From a virus (lineage: Duplodnaviria > Caudoviricetes): a stretch of DNA of 64,000 bases. Positions 1 to 10,301 of this stretch are shown piece by piece; the first letter of the stretch is position 1; each line of letters starts with the position of its first letter. The DNA lies in IMG/VR virus record IMGVR_UViG_3300028920_000023; one strand, given 5' to 3'. The position numbers and the translations under genes were made by a program. The notes below the pieces were generated by a model. The model saw only the letters and a program-made list of their open reading frames with translations, did not search any database and was not told the DNA's origin.

Positions 1-3000
1 AGATTCGCTCTCATAATCACCAAACGGATTTTCCGCATCTGGCTCCAGTGCGAACATATTTTGTACAGCTTCTGTTAGATCTTCAAATTGTTCTATTTGT
101 TTATCTACAGTAAGACTATCTTTTAGCTTTTTAGCTTCATCGCTAGCTCTAGTCATTTGATCTGCTACGAGCCTGGAATCATCTAACAAGTCCTTCATAG
201 TTATATCTTTTTGGGTCTTCTGCCGCTCCTTTAGGATATGATCCATGTTCTTTTCGAAAATTAGTTTCTCTTTGCTGGCCGTAATACCTACTTGTTCTAT
301 TCTCTTCTGCTCTTGTATCTTCTTCTTTTCTTTTTCACGAATAGCTATCATTTTCTCGTGTTCTGCTGTTATATCCGCCGTTATTTTCTTTATTCCTTCT
401 TGATCCTTATACAACTCAGTTATCGGTTTGTGTGTACGCAAGGCCTCCTTGCGGATACCCAGTATAATCGCTTGAGCAAGATTACCTTGCTTAATAGCTT
501 CCTGATATTGCTTATCAAGAACATTAACATCGCCTATTACTGCCTTATTCGCTTTAGCTTGAGCCACCACCAGAGAATTCAGTTTATTTTCTAATTCCAT
601 GATCTCCTTAGTCTTTTTGATCGTAACTCCGGTATCATCTCCAAATAGATATCCAATCCCCTTCGATATCGCAGACGGGTCTAACATTATTGCATCAATG
701 GCATCACTATATGCCTGCATCTCAGCTTTATCCATCTGCTCAATTCTTAATTTTGTTAATTTAGTCCTCAATTGTTTTATTTCTTCCTCATGTATCCCTT
801 GCATAATTTTCTTTTGTTCTAATAATTTATCACGACGTCTATCTAATGCCTTATTCCCTTCCTCGATAGAGGCTTTACCTTCCTTGAATGCCTTGTGAGT
901 ATCATAGACCCCCTTAGCCAATATATAAATTTCGGCGGCTATAGCTGCCCAGAATCCAAACTGAAGAACACGCAACCCGCTCATGCCTTTAAGCATATTA
1001 AACAATCCAGACACCTTATCACCAATAATTGAGAACCCTCTTCCTATAAAGCCACCACCTTTCCCAGTTACGCCTGCAAACATCTGTCTAAAGAAGTTAG
1101 CAACATAACCAGCCGCACCTTTCATCTTACTTACTAAACCACCAAGCATTTTACCTACAAAAGGAAATGCCTCTAATGCAGCCTTACCCACACCTAAGAT
1201 CCCACGTGTTACGCCGCCCAACAACGACCCCACTGAACCTAATAATCCGGAGAAGGCAGTTATCGTAATACCCCACGATGCCAAAGTCTTGACCCATGGG
1301 GTATCTAGGAAACCAATACTAGATTCAGCAATTGACTTAAGATAACTATGAGTAGTTTCCAAACTGTTCTTAATATCATCTACCGTAGTCTTTAGGTCCC
1401 TAATCAGTGTGTTTGTTTTATCTAGAGTCGCATTCATCTCCTTCATAGGATCTGCTGACTCTTCTGCGACCTTGTCGAAATCCTCCTGCCCACTTGCCAA
1501 TAATCTAACAGCTTTCATGATATCCATCCAATGTGCACCTTGCATACCTATCCGAGTACCCACATCTTGGATTTTGGCTATTTTACTTCTGCCACCCTCC
1601 ATATCATCAAGAATCTCAAGCCACTGCGTGGCCTGTTCAGCCAATCTCTTCTGCATAGCCGCCGGATCGTCCATAAGATTAAAAGCATCCTGGCCTATAA
1701 AGGCCACTGATTGCAAGGGATCAAGCATTCTCTTAACAACAGAAACAGCATCAGAAGTATTCATACCCAATTTTTTAGCACCACCAGCAGCACGCATAAG
1801 CGCCTTACTGTATCTCTCTGCAAACACCCCACCACGATCACCCATAACCACAGCAGATTCACCAATATTACTAAGTATTTGGTCAAGATCAGAACCAGTA
1901 AGCCCAATTTCTTTCGAAGCCCTGTTCATCCATAAGAGCTGCTTGGTAGCTGCTTTTGTATTACCCGTAACAGAAGTCAAATTCAACGCCATTCTGGCCA
2001 TGACTTCATTACTCGCACCCGCATTCCTCTTTAGAATCTGCATCTGCACGCCAATAGTATCAACAGCCTCCGCATTCTGGAAACCGACAGACCTCATAGC
2101 GACTATAGACTGTTCCAATTCCTCGGCCATAACATCATACTGACCCGCTAAATCCAAGGTTCTTTCGCTTAGAGCCTCCATCCCACCCATAGTCTGGTAA
2201 TGTAGCTCATGAAATAGTTCTTCTCTTTTTGCTGCCCTATCAACAGCAACAGAGTAAATACCAGCTGCACTGGCCATTTTAGTTAATTCGCCAAGACCTA
2301 CCGTATCCAGAGTCTTGCGTAAACCCTGGCCAATAGAACCTATAGTGTCCTTGATAGACGACCATACTTTGCCCATTGCCCTTAGACCGCCAATATAATT
2401 CTTAGCTTGACGAATATCTAGTACTTTCTTCTGAGCTTCCGCTCTGTCCTCCACGGAATCAGATAGGGCCTCTGATATTTTGTTTCTCTGTTCCTGTATT
2501 TCAAGAATCTCTTCATAAAGATCACGTTCTTTCTCAGACATCTTAATAATATCAGATTTCGTCTTAATACGATTATCCAGAGTCTTACCAATTTGTTTTT
2601 CGTACCTCTTCCTAAGATCATAATGCCTATATGCCAGTTTAGCTTCCTGGGTCAACAACTTACTCTTCTCGGAAGAGAATTGCCTAATTAATACCATCTC
2701 CTCCTCGGCCATACCTATGCCTTTTTTACTGCGTTTCTCCATAAGATCCATAAGATAAGGAATCGCAGTATCGGACAGGTACTTATATTGCTCTACTGCA
2801 TAATCTAGATCCTCTCCCCGGAGATATCTTATCTGAGCTACGGAACGCATAGCTGAGCTAAGGCGATCCAGCATCGCCTCTGGTAATCCGAGTTGTTTAT
2901 TCAGCCCTTCGACATTCTGTGTCGCCCCAGAAGTTTCTTTGGCAAAATTCCTAACTGACTGGGATATATCAGTCTGGGATATAGTCTTTGATGTTTTCCC

Positions 3001-3198
3001 AAATGATTCGGATATCTTCGTAAAGTTACTTGCGATATTTCCACCCATTTTATCCAGCATATTACTGGTGTTTTTAGCCAAATTCTGCACACGTGCCTCT
3101 AGGCTCTCGATCTTAGTCAGAGCAGAATCTAGAACCTGGTCCACGTTGCTCTGCAGAACAAGGTCAATACTGAGAGCATAGGAAGTGATGTCGGCCAT
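1..3198 (-). CDS. Tape measure-like tail protein, partial (3' end beyond window, >1066 aa)
   Basis: Translated by hand from ATG at 3198 (MADITSYALSIDLVLQSNVDQVLDS...), in frame to position 1 with no stop seen. Long alpha-helical/coiled-coil composition, a Gly/Ala-rich hydrophobic stretch (LLGSVGSLLGGVTRGILGVGKAALEAF), and position near a baseplate-like gene. Absent from the ORF track because no stop lies inside the window. Confidence 0.7.
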   Translation of the reverse strand, partial: MADITSYALSIDLVLQSNVDQVLDSALTKIESLEARVQNLAKNTSNMLDKMGGNIASNFTKISESFGKTSKTISQTDISQSVRNFAKETSGATQNVEGLNKQLGLPEAMLDRLSSAMRSVAQIRYLRGEDLDYAVEQYKYLSDTAIPYLMDLMEKRSKKGIGMAEEEMVLIRQFSSEKSKLLTQEAKLAYRHYDLRKRYEKQIGKTLDNRIKTKSDIIKMSEKERDLYEEILEIQEQRNKISEALSDSVEDRAEAQKKVLDIRQAKNYIGGLRAMGKVWSSIKDTIGSIGQGLRKTLDTVGLGELTKMASAAGIYSVAVDRAAKREELFHELHYQTMGGMEALSERTLDLAGQYDVMAEELEQSIVAMRSVGFQNAEAVDTIGVQMQILKRNAGASNEVMARMALNLTSVTGNTKAATKQLLWMNRASKEIGLTGSDLDQILSNIGESAVVMGDRGGVFAERYSKALMRAAGGAKKLGMNTSDAVSVVKRMLDPLQSVAFIGQDAFNLMDDPAAMQKRLAEQATQWLEILDDMEGGRSKIAKIQDVGTRIGMQGAHWMDIMKAVRLLASGQEDFDKVAEESADPMKEMNATLDKTNTLIRDLKTTVDDIKNSLETTHSYLKSIAESSIGFLDTPWVKTLASWGITITAFSGLLGSVGSLLGGVTRGILGVGKAALEAFPFVGKMLGGLVSKMKGAAGYVANFFRQMFAGVTGKGGGFIGRGFSIIGDKVSGLFNMLKGMSGLRVLQFGFWAAIAAEIYILAKGVYDTHKAFKEGKASIEEGNKALDRRRDKLLEQKKIMQGIHEEEIKQLRTKLTKLRIEQMDKAEMQAYSDAIDAIMLDPSAISKGIGYLFGDDTGVTIKKTKEIMELENKLNSLVVAQAKANKAVIGDVNVLDKQYQEAIKQGNLAQAIILGIRKEALRTHKPITELYKDQEGIKKITADITAEHEKMIAIREKEKKKIQEQKRIEQVGITASKEKLIFEKNMDHILKERQKTQKDITMKDLLDDSRLVADQMTRASDEAKKLKDSLTVDKQIEQFEDLTEAVQNMFALEPDAENPFGDYESES

Positions 3199-3293
3199 GG
3201 ATACCCCTACGATAATTACTCTTAATATGTTTGGTTTACTATCTACTTTACAAATTATCCTAGCACGATACAACAAGACAAAGGAGGAACATC

Positions 3294-4025
3294 ATGAACG
3301 AAGAAGGCACACTACCTTGGATAAAAAGAAATCTAATCGGCATAGCGCTACTAACAGTCTTTCTGGTCCCAGTCGGTTTCCTGGTTATACTGATATCCAG
3401 ACTAATATTGCTAGGGCCGAAGAAAGCCTTTATCAAAATGCCGTCTATAAAACAATCCTTCATAGTCGGATTGGCTGTCTTGTGGGTGCCCATCGTGCTG
3501 CCAGATCCGGAAGAAGGAAGAATGGGAGCATATAGCGAAAGCAACCCCGCAGGGTACGACTACAAGATAGAAGGAAAGAAAGTAATCTTCAACAAACCAC
3601 CAAAAGAAAGAAAAAACAACCAACTGTTTGTGACCTGTTACGATGGGAAGAGATACTACGTAAAGCCAGAAACCAATGGACGAACCAAAATATTCACAAT
3701 ACAAGGCCCAGATACGAAATTCGACGAAGACAGCCCAGCAGAAGGCGTAGGTGTAAAATGCGTAGTGAGGAGACTACAGAGAAACTACGCAATATCCAAG
3801 AAAAAATTCGAATCAGATCCACTCAAATACGCATGGTCTAATCACAATTGGGACGAGCGAGTACCAGACGGATACAACGCCGGACACCACAAGAGAGGCT
3901 ATTGGACCTTCTGGACCATACTCATGCTATCACTCGGAGCATTAACCCTACTAGGTGCAGTAGTCGACACTACACCTTCACAGCACTCGCATCATAATCA
4001 AGACGAGCCAAATACAAATCAGTGA
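3294..4025 (+). CDS. Hypothetical membrane protein
   Basis: AGGAGG RBS before ATG; two N-terminal and one C-terminal hydrophobic segments. Confidence 0.7.
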   Translation: MNEEGTLPWIKRNLIGIALLTVFLVPVGFLVILISRLILLGPKKAFIKMPSIKQSFIVGLAVLWVPIVLPDPEEGRMGAYSESNPAGYDYKIEGKKVIFNKPPKERKNNQLFVTCYDGKRYYVKPETNGRTKIFTIQGPDTKFDEDSPAEGVGVKCVVRRLQRNYAISKKKFESDPLKYAWSNHNWDERVPDGYNAGHHKRGYWTFWTILMLSLGALTLLGAVVDTTPSQHSHHNQDEPNTNQ

Positions 4026-5286
4026 ACCACTCACCCCTAGTCATAATATGGTGAAAACCATAAACAAGCCAATCCCCACCTAAGAAAAACGGCTGAAAAT
4101 CAGCATCAATCCACAACAATTTCATCTTGCTCACACCCAAATTATGAGCATTCGCAAGATCCCTAGAAGTCTCACCAGTCACCCTAACCTTCAACCTCAT
4201 AACCAAATTCAACATATTCAAAAACATACCCCTAGCCCGACCGTCAATATAATCCTGATACCGTAAACCAAGATCCCCCGCATTATGCTCAGGAATCGCC
4301 AAGACGCTAGTAGACCACTCATGTGGCTTCTCGAAAGAACCAGGAGGACCTTGAGGCTTCTTAAAACCCTTTCTCTCATCAATATTAACATTCTTCTTAG
4401 AAGAAGTATTCTCATCATACACATGTGCAAAAGTACGACCAGCATCAGTAATCCTATCAATATACTTCTCAGTAGTAGCAGAAATACCCCCAGTGATAAG
4501 CTGCCTCTGAAATACAGAAATAAACGTATTCGCCAAAAACTCGAAGTTCATACCATCATGGCCACCAGGTGCATTCGTATCAAAAACCCAAGAACCATAA
4601 TCGATAGGGTTCCTAGCTGCTTGTTCCTTCACCCAAATAACAGGAACCTCATTCTCCAAATTCCCATCACTAGAAACAATAAAATTCGTCTTATTGCCAG
4701 TAACACTAGAAGCCCAATCAAGCAAAGAACCTATAAACGTCTTAGGATCCATCCTCATCATATACCACTTATTCTTAACATTATCTAAAGTCTCACTGAC
4801 CTCAACACGACCACCCTCTTCAACCACAGACCTATTAGGCTCAATAAAATAACGCTGAATAACCTGCTCAATAACCTCCTTTACGGAACCCTCATAAACC
4901 TCACCAGAACTATCCCCAGCATTAAGCCAATAAGACGGAGGATCAACAGCAACAAACTCAAAACCACCACCAGTATTAATACCATTAGCCCTAACATCAA
5001 CCAAATAACCTAAATGCTTACCCGTACGATCCGCGCCAGGCCACTCCAATTCCCACACAACCTTAGTCGGAATCCTTCTGCCCCTATCAAGATACTTATC
5101 CTGAGTAGCAAACTCCCTAAGGACGTTCCAATAAGAGTCTCTGACTTTACCCCTGACGATATAACCGCCATTGGTCATAGCTTGCCACTCGAATCTTTCG
5201 AAGATATATCCAAGGTCCTTTCCTCCTTCGATTGTTAAATATAACTTGGGACGTGACGAAATCTTTGTTAAACCGGTTTTGGCCAT
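3970..5286 (-). CDS. Probable baseplate hub / tail protein (gp27/GpD-like)
   Basis: About 440 aa, near the tape-measure gene; pattern GEVYEGSVKEVIEQVIQRY...WYMMRMDPKTFIGSLLDW and C-terminal GDWLVYGFHHIM resemble hub proteins; start taken at MAKTG. Confidence 0.5.
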   Translation of the reverse strand: MAKTGLTKISSRPKLYLTIEGGKDLGYIFERFEWQAMTNGGYIVRGKVRDSYWNVLREFATQDKYLDRGRRIPTKVVWELEWPGADRTGKHLGYLVDVRANGINTGGGFEFVAVDPPSYWLNAGDSSGEVYEGSVKEVIEQVIQRYFIEPNRSVVEEGGRVEVSETLDNVKNKWYMMRMDPKTFIGSLLDWASSVTGNKTNFIVSSDGNLENEVPVIWVKEQAARNPIDYGSWVFDTNAPGGHDGMNFEFLANTFISVFQRQLITGGISATTEKYIDRITDAGRTFAHVYDENTSSKKNVNIDERKGFKKPQGPPGSFEKPHEWSTSVLAIPEHNAGDLGLRYQDYIDGRARGMFLNMLNLVMRLKVRVTGETSRDLANAHNLGVSKMKLLWIDADFQPFFLGGDWLVYGFHHIMTRGEWFTDLYLARLDYDASAVKV

Positions 5287-5289
5287 ATT

Positions 5290-5607
5290 ATGCCTCAGCA
5301 ACTAGATCTAACTTGGGTTCTGTACGACAAAAATTCAAACCATTACTTACTTCTATATTTAGGAGAGGCAGAAGGCTACACCATAGCCATCGACGCACGT
5401 AGAGCAACACCAAGAGATACTATGATAATCCGAGCCAACCTAAACCACCTGAGAAGAACCAATCTAGAAACCGTCCTAGAATGGGTAAAGAAAGAATTAC
5501 CCGACCTATATAACAACGCAGTAAAGAAATTCAAAACAAACCAACTTATTATAAAGAAAGAATATTCACTTTCTCAAATTGATTCTATTAAGAAGACGAG
5601 TAAGTGA
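5290..5607 (+). CDS. Hypothetical protein
   Basis: 105 aa ORF filling the gap between two minus-strand genes; A/C-ending codons like other + genes. Confidence 0.6.
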   Translation: MPQQLDLTWVLYDKNSNHYLLLYLGEAEGYTIAIDARRATPRDTMIIRANLNHLRRTNLETVLEWVKKELPDLYNNAVKKFKTNQLIIKKEYSLSQIDSIKKTSK

Positions 5608-6588
5608 GCCAGCATTCAAATTATACACATTATTCTCAATATAAGACCTAGACGAACCAGGACACTCACTGTCCATATCGTTCCAATCAATATCTGGGTC
5701 CGGAGGAATAGAATAAGCCAATTTCCTGACCTTATCCCTAAGAACAAAATAATTCTTCTTAATAGACAAAATACCAGCCTCATCAGCATCCGGAGCCAAA
5801 ACCACAAGACCAGACTCAAAAGAAACCAACTTCTTAACCTGCAAACTATTACGCGACATCATAGCACCACCAGTAGCCACACAATCACCACCAATACCCA
5901 AACAATTAAAAATAGACTCAACAACAACCACCGACTCACAACCATACTCCACATTATCAAAACCATATAAAAAATCAGACTTAGACAAACCAGTCACAGA
6001 CTCATCAGGAAAATTAAACCTCTTATTCATAACAAACCTCTCCTGCCAATAAACCAAATCATCATACTCAAAATAAGGAAAAACAATAGTAGAAGGAGTA
6101 TAATACAACCTATTCCTGGAAATCACATCATCAGAAACACCACGACCATACAAATACCGCCTATACGCCCTCTCCAACTTCTTCCCAGAATCACCAAACT
6201 CCTGACTATGTTCAGGGAGCTTCAAATGCTCCTGCGGCTTTTCATCCTTCTCCTTTTTAAGGTCCCTGATCCTATTACGCTGCAACAACCTCCTAGCAGC
6301 ACTAGGCGCACCACCAACATCAGCCAAAGCCTTATAATACGACAAATTCTTATAATTCATTACAAACTTAATAAAAGAACCATCATAATCCTGATGTTTA
6401 GGACGGAAATCATGCACCCAATTTGATACAATACCACGTTTATTCTCTTCAGCGATCAAATTAATATAAAGATTAAACCGTTTATCGCCATCCGGATTAC
6501 AAATACGCAACTGAGTCTTATTCTTCGAATACTTATATTCGAAATGCCTAGATACCCAATCTTCAATTTGATGAGCTTCTAACTTCAT
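5566..6588 (-). CDS. DNA primase (DnaG/T4 gp61-like, TOPRIM)
   Basis: IVFPYF, FLYGFD, VVVVES (TOPRIM Glu), VATGG and APDADEAG (DxD) motifs. Confidence 0.8.
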   Translation of the reverse strand: MKLEAHQIEDWVSRHFEYKYSKNKTQLRICNPDGDKRFNLYINLIAEENKRGIVSNWVHDFRPKHQDYDGSFIKFVMNYKNLSYYKALADVGGAPSAARRLLQRNRIRDLKKEKDEKPQEHLKLPEHSQEFGDSGKKLERAYRRYLYGRGVSDDVISRNRLYYTPSTIVFPYFEYDDLVYWQERFVMNKRFNFPDESVTGLSKSDFLYGFDNVEYGCESVVVVESIFNCLGIGGDCVATGGAMMSRNSLQVKKLVSFESGLVVLAPDADEAGILSIKKNYFVLRDKVRKLAYSIPPDPDIDWNDMDSECPGSSRSYIENNVYNLNAGSLTRLLNRINLRK

Positions 6589-6606
6589 ACAAATAAAATA
6601 TCATAT

Positions 6607-9333
6607 CTAAGAACACTTAGAACTACCACAATCTTGACAAGTCCTACAAGTGCCCTCAAACTTCACATTACTACTACCACAATCAGTACACTTAAACGAA
6701 CCCTTAGCTTCCTTAGCATCAATATACTCAGTCAAAGCCCTCGCAATAGCCTTAGCAAACGACGTAACCGTCTCCTGAGACTTCAAAATCTGATCAACCA
6801 CAAACTCAATAGGAACACCATGCCTCAAAGAAGTAGAAATCAGCCTAGTAATAAGAGAAGCAGCCTCATCCTCATACCTATTCAATTGTCTTACAACCAT
6901 GGCACCACTCTCAAATTCATAAGTACCCTTCGCTTCGCCCTTATTCTTATGCTTAATTATATGACCCTTCTGCCTATCTGCAACACCAGCCTGAGCATGA
7001 TCTAAAGCAAAAACCTCGAAAACTCTACCCTTCAAAAACCCAATAAACACCGTATATATCTTACCATTCGGCTTAATCAAACGAACAACCGCATCCAACT
7101 TCCTAGGCCTCTTAGGAGACTTATGGCGCTTAATTTCAGATTCAGATTCGGATTCCGTAACCAAAACACCCTCTCTACTACCATCACGATAGACCGTAAT
7201 ACCCTTACAACCAGCCCTCCATGCCTCCTGATAATAATAGGAAATAACATCAGGCTTGCAATCCCTAGGAAGATTAACAGTATTACTAATGCTCTGATCG
7301 ATATACCTGTTCGTCACGCTCTGTAATCTGATCCTATGCTTCGGATCTACATCATGTGCCGAAATAAAATAATCAGGCAAATCCTCAGTATTATGAATCT
7401 CGCAATATTTCCTAGCAGCTGGATGAAATACGGTATGATGTTCTACCTTCTTTGACGTCCCCAGATTGGTCTTTCTCACATGCTTCATTTGGAATACTGG
7501 CTCTATCCCGGATGAGCATTGGGATATAAGAGAAAGAGAACCCGTAGGTGCTATGGCATGGATGCTTATGTTTCTGAGACCCTCTTTCTCTATTCTCCGT
7601 GTCAATCCCTCTGGGAGAGATTGCATGAATTCAGACTTCATATGGGTCTTGAAATCATAAACGGGAAAAGCACCTTTCTCAACTGCTAAATCACATGACG
7701 CCTCATAACTGTCATGGGCAAAACGGCTCATTACCTCTTCTGTCAATTCTATTGCAGACTCGTCATCAAAACGCATGCCCATCATCAGGAACAGATCAGC
7801 TAGGCCCATGATGCCCAGACCTAGGCGACGTCCATTGTCATTGGCCCATTGTTGGAATTCTTGTGGGGCTTTTTCTAGCGTTATAATATTATCTAGGAAA
7901 CGAACAGCGAGTTTTACATCTGATCCGAATTTATCATAATCGAATTCAGCTTCACTTGAAAATGGATCCTTTACGTATTTGCTCAGATTCATTGAACCTA
8001 AATTGCAGGAATCACCATGGGATAACAACGTTTCACCACAATTACCAATAATTACACCATTAGCAACAAAAGAATTTGTTTTTGGTTCTGTAAGGCAGAA
8101 TGTCTCATCTATTTTAAGATATGAGATAGATATTATTTTGGATTTAAATTTATTGTTATCTTCATAAGACCATAATTCGTCTCCTTTATTTAATTGTAAC
8201 AATTCAATTCTGCTACCATCAGTTTTTATGAATTTATGATTAGAGGTAGCATCTATATAAGAACCATTGTCCAATAATACTCTGAAGATCTTTTCTGATT
8301 TAGAAGTCCTATAAACTCTTGTTGCCTTCCCAGGACCATTAATAGTCATAATATCCAATACCAGACCTTGATCCCTGCTAATATACTCCTGATATTCGCC
8401 TTCTGCCCATAATTGTCTGGCTGTCTTATAACCAGAGTCTGTAAGAATCCTTGTATCACCAGTAATGCAAGGATTTGTAGTAACACACCCAAAACCACCA
8501 TAATGATGCGCCGGCACCGTCCTCTTAACAGTATCCCAAAACAACATACCAGGCTCACCACGCTTCCACGCACGATGAATTATCTCATTCCAAACCTTCC
8601 TAGCAGGGACCGTATCAAACACCTGGCCATTCCACTTCAAATCATACTCTCCGTCATCCTCAACAGCCCTCATAAACTCATCAGTAATCTTAACCGAAAC
8701 ATTCGCATACCGAACTAAATCAAGATCATCACCGCCCTTGATCTTAATGAAATCCATAATATCTGGATGATCAACATCAATCGAAATAAGCAAAGCACCT
8801 ATCCTACCATTCTGACCAATCATACCAGTCACAGTACTGAAAAATTGCATAAAAGAAACAGAACCTGATGACGTCCTAGCGGCATTGTGTACAGGCAAAC
8901 CTTTGGGTCTAAGCCTCGAAATATCGATACCACAACCGCCTCCGGCCTTGTAGGTCTCAGCCATCTTATATGCTGTATCGAATATACCTTTAATGGAATC
9001 TTCCTGAATGTCTATGACGTAGCAATTTTTTAGGGTTATGTTGGCATATGGGTTTCCTAGGCCGTATAAGATTCTTCCACCTGGTACAAATTTGAAATCT
9101 TCTAATAAGTCTCTGAATTTTAATTCAAATTCTTTTTTCAGCTGTTTTATTTCGGCTTGTGATATTGCTTTGGCTAATCTATCCCATAGGTGTTCTGGTT
9201 TATGTTCTGTATATAATTTGGTTTCTGGGTCTTGTAGGAAGTATTTGTCCACTAATATTTTGGCTGCTAGACGGTCTTTTGTTATTGTTTCGCATGTTTT
9301 ATATGCTTCTTCGATGGTGATACCTTCTGGCAT
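6607..9333 (-). CDS. nrdJ: Ribonucleoside reductase, class II (adenosylcobalamin-dependent), intein-containing, with C-terminal TSCPD-like/Zn-ribbon extension
   Basis: FVPGGRIL, CYV, GGGCG, NP-(intein)-CGE, RRLGLGIMGLAD, IAPTGSLS, SSGIEP, KGITVYRDGSR; C-terminal CxxC...CxxC; no beta-subunit gene in the window. Confidence 0.88.
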   Translation of the reverse strand: MPEGITIEEAYKTCETITKDRLAAKILVDKYFLQDPETKLYTEHKPEHLWDRLAKAISQAEIKQLKKEFELKFRDLLEDFKFVPGGRILYGLGNPYANITLKNCYVIDIQEDSIKGIFDTAYKMAETYKAGGGCGIDISRLRPKGLPVHNAARTSSGSVSFMQFFSTVTGMIGQNGRIGALLISIDVDHPDIMDFIKIKGGDDLDLVRYANVSVKITDEFMRAVEDDGEYDLKWNGQVFDTVPARKVWNEIIHRAWKRGEPGMLFWDTVKRTVPAHHYGGFGCVTTNPCITGDTRILTDSGYKTARQLWAEGEYQEYISRDQGLVLDIMTINGPGKATRVYRTSKSEKIFRVLLDNGSYIDATSNHKFIKTDGSRIELLQLNKGDELWSYEDNNKFKSKIISISYLKIDETFCLTEPKTNSFVANGVIIGNCGETLLSHGDSCNLGSMNLSKYVKDPFSSEAEFDYDKFGSDVKLAVRFLDNIITLEKAPQEFQQWANDNGRRLGLGIMGLADLFLMMGMRFDDESAIELTEEVMSRFAHDSYEASCDLAVEKGAFPVYDFKTHMKSEFMQSLPEGLTRRIEKEGLRNISIHAIAPTGSLSLISQCSSGIEPVFQMKHVRKTNLGTSKKVEHHTVFHPAARKYCEIHNTEDLPDYFISAHDVDPKHRIRLQSVTNRYIDQSISNTVNLPRDCKPDVISYYYQEAWRAGCKGITVYRDGSREGVLVTESESESEIKRHKSPKRPRKLDAVVRLIKPNGKIYTVFIGFLKGRVFEVFALDHAQAGVADRQKGHIIKHKNKGEAKGTYEFESGAMVVRQLNRYEDEAASLITRLISTSLRHGVPIEFVVDQILKSQETVTSFAKAIARALTEYIDAKEAKGSFKCTDCGSSNVKFEGTCRTCQDCGSSKCS
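8041..8469 (-). mobile_element. Mini-intein (143 aa, no homing endonuclease) in the RNR active-site NPCGE motif
   Basis: Starts CITGDTRILT after NP; block B ATSNHKF; ends SFVANGVIIGN followed by C+1 (CGE); removal restores NPCGE. Confidence 0.9.
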
Positions 9334-9985
9334 TTTTATCTCCTAGTTCTGTTCCTAGTATCTCTCTGATTTGAGGTTTGTAATTTAGAATCAGTTTGTG
9401 TCTTTTAAATCTCATTTCCCTTTTACTGGGAAGCATTGATAACTCGTCATCGTCAAGTTGTTCTAATGCCTCAATGCAAGATTTGGATAAGGAGATAAAC
9501 CCTGCAGTTATGCGTCTCTCCCTGAACCATCGGACAATATTGGCGTATCCTAATCTTCTTTTACGCTCCGATAGTGTCTCTTTTAGGTTTCTCTTTTTCC
9601 CGACTTTCATTTCTTTTAATACGAAAAGATATGATGCTTGTATATTCTTTATTTCTCTCATCTCGTCATTAACTTCACGTTCAAGCTCGTTTATACATTT
9701 ACTTATAGCATCCTTCTCGTCCAGTATCGCTATACCCCTTCGATACAATGATTTAGTCTTGTAACCATCTTCCACTATATGTGCAATAACAGTTGACATC
9801 ATATCGTCCGATATATCTTCTTTCTCTAGCTTCTTAACGAAATTATTTAAATATCTCCAACTATAAGTCTTTCTTGGATCTGTATTATCTGGGAATTGTA
9901 TCGACTTCTTGTATCTCAGAGCGTTTTTCTGAAATAATTCGTAAACACGAAAAATTTTCTCTTCTCTAGTAGCTTCTGCAATCAT
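9299..9985 (-). CDS. Hypothetical protein
   Basis: 228 aa ORF with GGAG RBS; overlaps the nrdJ start. Confidence 0.75.
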   Translation of the reverse strand: MIAEATREEKIFRVYELFQKNALRYKKSIQFPDNTDPRKTYSWRYLNNFVKKLEKEDISDDMMSTVIAHIVEDGYKTKSLYRRGIAILDEKDAISKCINELEREVNDEMREIKNIQASYLFVLKEMKVGKKRNLKETLSERKRRLGYANIVRWFRERRITAGFISLSKSCIEALEQLDDDELSMLPSKREMRFKRHKLILNYKPQIREILGTELGDKNARRYHHRRSI

Positions 9986-10040
9986 CGCTTTCTCCAGTAA
10001 ATAGTGTAGACACTAAGTTTAAATACCACGGGGAAACGAA

Positions 10041-10301
10041 ATGGAAACCAAATCGGAAGCCTCCCAAAAGGCAGATTTGAATAAAAAAGAACAGCTATCA
10101 GACTGGGCAGACAAAGTAATAGAAGAATTTAACGAAGTGGCGAAAAAACACAATATAACAAATATGGCGGTAGTATTCACGCATCCAGAAACTCAAACAC
10201 CAGCTGTATCCCAATTAGGACACCCTTACGACGTAGCTAAAATAATGGCAGCAGCAACCAGAGTCCTAAAAAACGAAATAAACAAACAACTAGAGACCTG
10301 A
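10041..10301 (+). CDS. Hypothetical protein
   Basis: 86 aa ORF with GGGG RBS-like element. Confidence 0.65.
   Translation: METKSEASQKADLNKKEQLSDWADKVIEEFNEVAKKHNITNMAVVFTHPETQTPAVSQLGHPYDVAKIMAAATRVLKNEINKQLET

Noticed and set aside
1409-2143. 244 aa + strand ORF and other + ORFs within 292-3181
   Set aside because: They are antisense to the continuous tape-measure-like frame and lack an RBS or motifs.
3247-3274. Sigma70-like promoter TTTACA-16-TACAAC for the 3294 gene
   Set aside because: The -10 match is weak and the spacing suboptimal, so it cannot be separated from chance in AT-rich DNA.
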